Source: Candidatus Hodarchaeota archaeon
GTDB taxonomy: Archaea; Asgardarchaeota; Heimdallarchaeia; Hodarchaeales; Hodarchaeaceae
Assembly (NCBI GenBank): GCA_016839785.1
Contig: JAEOTQ010000123.1
Location: forward strand, 1 to 23,283
DNA length: 23,283 nucleotides
Direction: 5' to 3'
A program made the position numbers and the translations under genes. Below, piece after piece: positions 8,049 through 16,900 of this stretch. The notes under the pieces are model-generated. The model was not told where the DNA came from. It worked only from the letters and a program-made list of their open reading frames with translations, and searched no databases. Positions within the stretch are counted from its first letter, which is position 1. Each line of letters starts with the position of its first letter.

Positions 8049-10316
8049 TTGGAAATCCTAAAAAGAAACATTCACAAAGAAACATTAGAAGCGGTACATC
8101 GTATCAATGAACACAAGGTCGTCGTTATGTCAGAATGGGTATCTGAAGCAGAGATTAATTCCCGTTTAGGTCACAAAATCCTCATTGCTGGCCTTTCAGA
8201 AGCGGGAAAAACCGCAGTTAAACGGATCTTCTTTTTAAAACAACGCACTGAAGACGTGAACAAACTCTCAGCCACGATAAATTACGAGAGATTATCAGTT
8301 ACTGTAAAAGACACTCCAATTACCATTGTGGACTTGGGTGGCCAGAAAATTTTCCTAAAAAAGTTCTTAAGTGCCTTTAGTCCATTTGTATTCAGTAATG
8401 TGAAGATTTTTATCTTTTTAATTGATACTGCTAATAAAACTACCCGGAATAATGCTTTTCAATATTTTAAAGCTTCAATTGAGAAACTAATAAATTACTC
8501 TCCTGAAGCTGAAGTTTTTGTTTTTTTACATAAGAATGATCTTGTACGAAATTCTCCTAATTATGAATCGGTACACACGCAACTAAAAGAAAGTTTTCAA
8601 CTCGAATATAGTGACCCTCTTCGCTTCTTTAGAACTTCTATTTTTAAGCCAGAATCCGTGATTGATGCTTTTGGTCGTATCTTCGAACTTGCGGTTCCTG
8701 ACATTGCACAGAGTGATTTTGTTGAGGGAAGGACTATTGGTGAAATTGAAGAATATCAGAAGAAAGGGATGACTCTTCGGAAAGTTAAAGCCAAAGTTAA
8801 GACACCAACAGAAACTAAAATTCAAATCAAAGCTCCTAAAATGGCAGGTGATCCTGCTGTCCTGCAACGTTTACAATCACTCATGCAACAAGCAACTGGA
8901 AGTGCGGAAGGAGTAAGCCCTCCCTCACCCTCCCTACCACCAGCACCAACAAGTACACCTAGTCCTGTAAAGGTAAAAACAACCCCAGAAGTAAAACCAA
9001 TAGAACCTAGTGTTGAACCAATAAAAAAACCTTCGGAAATACCTCCAAGCCCTGCTATTTCGCAAGAGACGGAACCAGTAGAGGCACCATCCTCTTCTGA
9101 ACCTGAAATAATCGTAACTTCAGAAATCACTGAACCAGAAACACCTAGTGATGCTGAAGAGGTGGTAAATCAAATTGTTTATCTTGTGGAATTTTGTGGT
9201 ATAGAACCCGATGAAGCAACTGAAGTAGTTAAATCAGGATATGGGGAATTATTTAAAATTGCCGCTTCCTCAGGAATTCCAGTTCCATTACTGAGTGAAT
9301 TTTTTCTAAAATATATTCCTTTTGTTCGAACCTCACAAGGAGAAGACAAATTCAAGAATTTAACGGGTCAAAGATTACTGGATATCTTTTCTGCTCATCT
9401 TAAAAACGAATTAGATGAAGAAATGATTATCAAATGTCTAGTTATTGCAGTAGAAAGACCAAAATTGGCAATAGACGAAATCGTCAGTAAATATTTAGCT
9501 CCCAAGATAGAGGAGAAAGAAAAGAAAGAAGTTAAGAAAAAGCCAACAGTCATACCAACGGAAATACCAGTTCAGACAGAAACCGTTGATGGAACTATTG
9601 CTTTACCTGGAGCAAGAGGAATTAGTTTTAAAGTGGAATTGATCGAAGACTCCTCAAACGTGCAAATAAGTCTTTATCTTCAAAATCATTCAGGTAAAAA
9701 AGGAGTAATCGGTAGCTCTCAAATCCCTCTTGGCATAAATGAAGATGAGATTCTCTATTTACTTGCTTACGAAATGAATCTAGCTAATGTCGGTTATTAT
9801 GAAGATGGAATCTCCTCAATGGCATTTTCAGCAAGAGTTATTTTTGAAGCTATTAAGAAGTTGAATGAACAACCCCTTGTTACACCCCCAATGGAGAAAG
9901 GAAGTTTAGCGGAAACTATTGATTATATAATTCCATTAGAGATCAAAACAAATGGAGAATTCGTAATTCTTCCCGACACTGATAAATTAGGTTTTTCAGT
10001 GGAACAATCTCAGAAGAAAGGAGTATTAATTAATTTTGTACAACGTGGTTATCCCATTGGAAAAGTTAACGTTATTGAAACCGTTAGTCCAACCCAATTA
10101 AGCGGACTAATGACTCAAGTCATGCAGTTACCTATAGAATCAACTAGTGCCGTGGATTTCGCAGCGCGGATGATAAGCATAATTATCAAAACTTTAGTCC
10201 AAAGTAAAGAGACTAAATTTCCACGAAAAGGTGAACCAGTACAGAAAGAAGTGAAAGAGGATGAAGAAACGTCTCAAAAATTAATCCACTATCTTTCTCT
10301 ACTTGAAAGCGATTAG
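8049..10316 (+). CDS. Multidomain Rag-like GTPase (N-terminal G domain, Pro-rich linker, helical region, two copies of an unknown alpha/beta domain)
   Basis: G1 GLSEAGKT, switch I ATINY, G3 DLGGQ, VFSNV, SPEAEVFVFL, G4 HKND and G5 RTSIF. A Pro/Ser/Glu-rich linker spans residues about 291-366, and an internal repeat occupies residues about 502-605 and 624-716. The start is TTG 8049 or, more plausibly, ATG 8127 (AAGGT just upstream). Confidence 0.88.
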   Translation: MEILKRNIHKETLEAVHRINEHKVVVMSEWVSEAEINSRLGHKILIAGLSEAGKTAVKRIFFLKQRTEDVNKLSATINYERLSVTVKDTPITIVDLGGQKIFLKKFLSAFSPFVFSNVKIFIFLIDTANKTTRNNAFQYFKASIEKLINYSPEAEVFVFLHKNDLVRNSPNYESVHTQLKESFQLEYSDPLRFFRTSIFKPESVIDAFGRIFELAVPDIAQSDFVEGRTIGEIEEYQKKGMTLRKVKAKVKTPTETKIQIKAPKMAGDPAVLQRLQSLMQQATGSAEGVSPPSPSLPPAPTSTPSPVKVKTTPEVKPIEPSVEPIKKPSEIPPSPAISQETEPVEAPSSSEPEIIVTSEITEPETPSDAEEVVNQIVYLVEFCGIEPDEATEVVKSGYGELFKIAASSGIPVPLLSEFFLKYIPFVRTSQGEDKFKNLTGQRLLDIFSAHLKNELDEEMIIKCLVIAVERPKLAIDEIVSKYLAPKIEEKEKKEVKKKPTVIPTEIPVQTETVDGTIALPGARGISFKVELIEDSSNVQISLYLQNHSGKKGVIGSSQIPLGINEDEILYLLAYEMNLANVGYYEDGISSMAFSARVIFEAIKKLNEQPLVTPPMEKGSLAETIDYIIPLEIKTNGEFVILPDTDKLGFSVEQSQKKGVLINFVQRGYPIGKVNVIETVSPTQLSGLMTQVMQLPIESTSAVDFAARMISIIIKTLVQSKETKFPRKGEPVQKEVKEDEETSQKLIHYLSLLESD

Positions 10317-10338
10317 AAAACGAAAAAGATTGAAAATT

Positions 10339-10935
10339 TCAATCCTCATCATCTTCAATAAGATCAGTAGTCCCATAGATATTGACATAACTCAAAATTA
10401 TGGCACTGACGTATTTACGAACTTCATTAGCTTTAACTCTGATAAGCACCTTATTTCCAGAATCACTGGCCATTGTCATATGGAAATTATGCACTTTTTC
10501 TTGAATCTCATCTTTAAATTGTTCAACAAGGTTGAAAATATCCTTATGGACGAGAATATTCATTGTAAGGTTTTCTTGCCCACCACGTGCGTCTGGTTTA
10601 TCTAATGCAAATCCAAAACTCATCACACTAATCCGGAGTTGTTCACCCAGAACAAAATCATATGAAGATGGAACTTCGCTAGTATAATCATCACTAAACC
10701 CTGTTCCACTGAATGATCGATCAGAGAGTGCAACTAATTTACTATAATTATCTTTCAGCATCTCAGGAATGACAATAATTGGAATTGGCCCATGTAACTG
10801 GTCGAAAAAGCTGACAACTAGTCCTAGAGTATGTCTATCAACATCAGCAATGATTTCCTCTTCGTCTACATCTGCTACACCTTTCATTACTAGTTCCTTA
10901 TCAAGTCCGACAATCTCTGGTTTTCGGATAAAGCG
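10339..10935 (-). other. Cytoplasmic longin/uDENN-like domain of the giant protein
   Basis: About 198 aa after the TM helix (10936-10995). LGLVVSFFDQLHGPIPIIVIP (FDQLHGP at 10786-10806) and SVMSFGFALDKPDARGGQENLTMNILV (Arg3033 codon at 10585-10587). Confidence 0.78.
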
Positions 10936-13900
10936 AACATAAACAATTGCGCCAATAAATATTAGAAAAACAGCAAGTCCAGCAAGCATTAGTAGCTCAG
11001 GTGGGAGTCCTCCAGGCTGAAATGAGATAAGTTCAATACGTTCAGGATGGTTTCTAATATCAAACGCATTTGGATTGCTATTTCCTGCAACATCAGATGT
11101 AGAAACAAAAAATAGTGGTTCATAGTCATTTCCATCTTGAATATATTCAACAGAGACTGTATAAATCAGGGTTTCACCCTCAGTTCTAAGATATGACATT
11201 TCTAGTGGGATAAATTCATTGTCTTCTTGGACGATGGAGGATCCATCTCCCTCAGATTCAACGAGATTTAAATAGTAATATAGCACAACACTAGAAACTC
11301 CAGACCCATATTCTTCAATTGCAGCATAGAAAGTGAGATTAGTGGGATTAGGGTCGATATCTTTCTCATACCAGACACCAGAAGAACCACCAGTCGTTTT
11401 TATTCTAGGGGCCACACCATCAATCAATGTGAAATTAAATGACGCAATGGTTGTAACTCCGATAATAGATTGAGCAGTAATTGTAATAATGGCGGATGTA
11501 TTAAAATAAGTACCATCAGCATAATCTAGTAACTCAAAGACAAAGAACCAATGAGTAGCATTCCCATCTAAGAAGCCAGTCTTAACTAGTGTTCCTGATT
11601 TGTTCAAATGCACATCATATCGTCCAAGAAGGATATCATAATCCAATGCATCAGTCATTTCGATAGAAAATATGAAAGTTCCATCAATTTCCTCTTTCAC
11701 TATAGTTGTTGTGAAATTGTGGATTTTTGGACGACTTTCAATAAAGAGCGAGAAAAAAGCAAAGCTAGTGGCATTATCAAATCCATCTGAGGCAAGGATT
11801 GTTGCGTTCCATGTATCGCCTGCCTGTGTTGCATTGCTAGGAATTGTGTGTAGATTATCATACAGCGAATTATACACGCCATTTACTGACCAGGTGATAT
11901 AAGATAACTCGGAATCTCCTGTATCTACATCAAATACAGAAATTGAGATGCTAACGTCTTCACTCTCAACGAAAAATCCTATATATTCATTTCCAGTCAA
12001 AGTAACTGAAATAACAGTTGGTGCTTTATTCACGATAGTTATATTCTGAGAAGTTTGATTTAATGAATACACCACTAAGTCATCAGTAATTTGTACCTCA
12101 ACATACCAATAGTCTCCTTTGAAAAGTACCGAACTGGGTAAGAGGGCTGCATTGTCAAAACTTGACTGATGGATTCCATTTCTATACCACCGTGTAATCG
12201 TACCGAAATAAAGAATGAAATCTCCATCGACATCAGTGTAATTAACACCATCAAAGAAATCAATCTCAAGATTCGTATCAGCATACGTCTCAGAGGTATT
12301 TCCACTATCACTTATTATTGCTACTGAGATAATTATAGGTGGAGTATTCTCTACTATAAGTGGGGCAGATATTTTGGGGTCTTTACTCCATTCCATCCCA
12401 TCAAAGACAAAAATTTCAACTGTCCACACATCACCTTTACTAATAATATCTGAAAGAATCGAACTCTGATTTTCAAACATAGGCTGAGGAATTCCCTTGT
12501 TTTTCCAGATAATCTTTGCGAGCGATGTCACTTCAAGATCATTATCTGGATCTGAATATAACCAAGAGACATTTAGATTATCAGTTGTATAAGCTGTAGT
12601 ATCAGTTCCATTAGGCTGCAGGTTTACATTAAAGGCATAAGGTCTCGCATTCCCAATAATCATACCAAAACTTGTATTTGATTGAAGTGCCCATTCAGTA
12701 CCATCATGTGGTTGAACTTCTACTGTAATGTTGTCTCCTCTAATGTAGTGATCCGAGAATAAGCGAATGACTACAATATACTCATTCCCGACCTGTTCTG
12801 TAGATATAACCGTAATTTCTGTACCCACAATAAGAGTACTATAATTATACCATTGAATAATTGTGTTTGAAAGATTGATAGGATCTCCGTCATAATCTGA
12901 GTAAGTAAACTCAATGTCAAGATTCATGTCCGAAGTGGTGTAAGGGTTAACCTCACGAAATTCGCTAATGAGAGGTCGACTATTCGTAATAATGATAACC
13001 GTTGAATTTACCCACGGACCAAAATCTCCGAAACGGTCACGTGGTTTAACACTTGCTTTCCACTCGTCACCACGTACCAGATATGCTATTGGTACTATAT
13101 GTGTATTGAGTTCAGAAACCTTGTTACCATTTCGGTACCAACGATATTCTGCTCCTACCACATATCCATCAGGATCGTAATCTATATTATACAATGGACT
13201 ACTTTCACCAAAATCTGGATCTGTAGCAGTATAGTTGAGATGAAGCTCATCAGAAGCGTAAAAATCTGTAGTATTTTCAGGACCTAGAATATTTGGTTGT
13301 CCTGAAATTGTAGGAATGGCATTACCAATTATTAATCTTGTTCTATACGGTTGCCAAGTCACACCAAGACTTTCTCCATCATGAGGTGTGATTTCTACTG
13401 TTACAGTATCACCTGCGACAAAGTACGTATTGCTTAATGTCCACACTCCATCAACAGATAAATTACCTCCAGAAGCAAATTCAATTGTCCAATTAATTTT
13501 TGTTTGCCCCAAATTAATTAGATCACTATCCAAATCTGTATAAGAATAACCAATTCCAATATCCTCTAGTGTATCAGCTCCTCCCGATAATGAAACACTA
13601 TCGAACGACATTAGAGAGTTTAAAACCGTGATAGTCTCTGAGGTTTTATTAGCAGACCAATTAGTACCATCAAAAATCCTAAGTACATATTTCCACGTTT
13701 CTCCTTTCTTTAAATATGAGGAGGGAACTTCTGTTTCATTATATAATCCCACTATTTCTTGACTACCATTAATCCACACAACGGAAATTGTAATAATACT
13801 ATCCTCGTCTATATCAGTTCCTTGATAGTTTATTAATAATGTACTAGAGGTATATACGTTTGTAGCTGGAAAAATTTCCGCTGTTACTACTACTGGAACA

Positions 13901-16900
13901 GTATTAAGAATTATTATAGGTTGACTGGAATTCCACTCTCCATAATCGTTTTTATTATCTTGAGGTCTGACTTCTACTGTCCAATTATCACCTTTTATTA
14001 GAGTAGCAGTAAGAAGATTGCGAATACCATCGAATTGGGGTTGATAAATTCCATTCTTATACCAACGAAAAGTCGTTAGAGATTCACTATCGCCTTCAGG
14101 GTCGTAATAAGTATAATTCGCATATAAAGATCCTCCAGCTACTGGATTACTTGAGGTTAAATTAACATAAAACGCGCTAGGCGCCTGATTAGGGGCAACA
14201 CCGATACTAATTGTGGCAGAGGAGGTCCATTCACTATAATCTGTCCCATCATTTACCCACATGTCTACACGCCATAATTCAGATGTATTTGTTGAGGTAG
14301 ATAATATTGTGAAAGTACCATTAACAACTGACTCGAATTTCCCAGTTGTCAAATTGAATCGCCACCAGCGGATTTCTAAAGATGTAAGGTTAATGCTATC
14401 TCCATCTACATCTGAATATTGATAGGTAGCATCTAAATCTGTGTCATTAGCAACTGTTGCTGGTTGAGCATTATCATTAAGTTTAACAATTAGTGTGGGA
14501 GGTGTATTAAGGATAGTTATGGTTGTAGAAGTGTATGTATTTCCTAATCCGATTCCGTCTCCAGGAGTTATTGTAAAATAAAATTGGTCACCCTTTGTGG
14601 TCTCATTTTCTGGAAGCTGCAACAAATCATTATACTGACTAAGAAGTAGAAAGCCAGATCCATTTCCATTATCCCTATACCATCTGATTTGACTTCCTGT
14701 TTCGGTATCTCCAGAATCAACATCTAACCAGCTATATTCAGCAACCAAGGTTGAATTTGTTGTAGGCATACTTGGACTTATCACAGTACCGAAAGCGATA
14801 GGAACAGTGTTTTCAATAGTGATATTACCTGAAATATACCAATCACCAAAGTCTTTTCCATCATTAGGTCTAAATTGTACTCGCCATACATCGTCACGAG
14901 TCAGTGCTCCAGCTGTGATATTGTTCAAATCATTATAAGCGGATTGAATATTCCAATGTGTATCATTCCATTTTTCCCACCGAATCTCTGATCCAGATTC
15001 TGGATCAAGTTCAGCATCATTGTAAATATACAAAAAGTACAAGGTGTCATTACTAGTCACTGGTAGCAAAACAGAGGAAGAATTCTGAGACAAGTTTAAG
15101 CTGGAGGCCTCTGGTGGCGTGTTTAGGACAAATCCTGGATGTTCTGATGAAGTGAATGAATTTCCATATGTATCATTTACGGTAATAACAAAATTCATCG
15201 TCCCCTCAATCATTATAATAGTATCGTTCTGGAATCCAGAGGCTGTATTCTGCATGATTGCCCATAGTGAACTTGTGTCAGCCATGTTTTCATGGTAAGT
15301 TACATTAATTATTACAGTGTCAATTACTCCCCAAGTGTCAGAAACATTAGCTTTAAATTTCTTCGTTCCTGAATAGTAATCCCAGTCTATCACACCAGGT
15401 AAAATAGAATCATAATAAAAAGTGATATTCTTTTCTATTGAAGCAATTGTTAAGTAATTCCCAACAGTATCTGAAGCATTAACTATTTGATAATCGTAAT
15501 AATCTCCATAAGAAACTCCAACTGGTTGATAAATCCAGAATCCGCTTCCATTTTGACTCATTAGATAATATGTCCCATTTAGATTGAGAGTGACGCTTGA
15601 CACTGAAGCATCATGGTCAGTTACGTTCGCCCAAAAAATTGGTTGCCCATCACCAGGATCATCTATACCAAAATCGATTATGACTGGAGCAGCATGGTCA
15701 TTTTCAGAACTTATGGTTAACAATGTACTAGAAGGTATTTGGTTTAGGTAAGTTAATTTCAACCAATCAGTTGATCTTGCAGTTCTAGAGAGGCGAATTT
15801 CATCAAGAAAGCCATCCCATATTTCGTTTGGCCAACCTTCATTATAACCGATATAGAGTGGATTTGAGTTACTCTCCAGTGATAAAATTCCTTCACCAAA
15901 ACTTGAAGCACTTAAAATACCGTTTTTATAAACTCGAATTGTTTCTCCATTATATGTAACTGCGACATGGGTCCATGTTCCACTAGTAACGCTAATTCCA
16001 GTGTTCCAATCTACTCGTATTGGATGTAAGCCAATATAAAGATTGGTATTATCTAGTACAAAATAGAGATGTTCTGTTTGACCATCCATTTTTGAAATGA
16101 TGGTTTGCCACACACTTGTAACATCAGGGTTAATCCAAGCAGAAACAGTCAAAAATGTATCATACCGAAGGCTGGGATCATCTGCAATACTTATATAGTC
16201 ATCTACAGCAACATCACCATCTAAACGAATACTAGTTCCAGCTACTCCTAGAGTACCAAAGGTTGGAGATCCGAAATCAGTACCTGTGTTATTATTAGAA
16301 GTTGCATCCTTAATAGCATCAGTTCCTCCACCCAACTCATCGAGATGCCAAGATGCACTGTAGAGATCATCCCACACTGCATCTGGGTTTTGCTGATTGC
16401 CAATTGTTGAATTTCCGTAATACATTGAGATAATAGTGTTACTTGATATAGAAATTCTGGGGATATTGATGTGAGCTAATAAATGCGCGTGGGTGGCATT
16501 AAAGTCCTGATCAAAGGTCATATCATGGTCTAATTTCCTTCCTATTGTATCATAAAAAACAATATCGTCAGCGTCAGGTTGAACATCTGTTTTTAAATCA
16601 GAATCATAAATATCTAATGATAATGGAAAGTTAAAGATATCTTTATCTCTTGTGTAAGTAATCTCGGCATATAGCTGAGTAATTCTCAATTCCACTACAG
16701 TCTCGGTCTGGTTATAATCGATGTATCCTCTTACACCAATTTCAAGATCTGAAAGATCATCCCAAGACCAAGGTTGGCCAGTGACAGGATTAGTACTCCA
16801 TGCATCAGAGTAAGAAGTATAACCTGTACCAGCCCAACGTGAACTTCCATAGTAATTCACCGATGTAGGTCTTACGAAAACACGAATATTTGAAGAAAAT

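Noticed and set aside
6892-10316. The two GTPases as a canonical RagA/RagC heterodimer pair
   Set aside because: Both have RagA-like DxGGQ and ATI motifs rather than RagC-like DFPGQ, and the larger one shows no roadblock dimerisation domain.
6765-10605. Short ORFs 6765-6971, 8583-8867, 8822-9130 and 10303-10605
   Set aside because: They overlap confident genes. The Gly-rich 8822-9130 ORF is simply the antisense of the Pro-rich linker.
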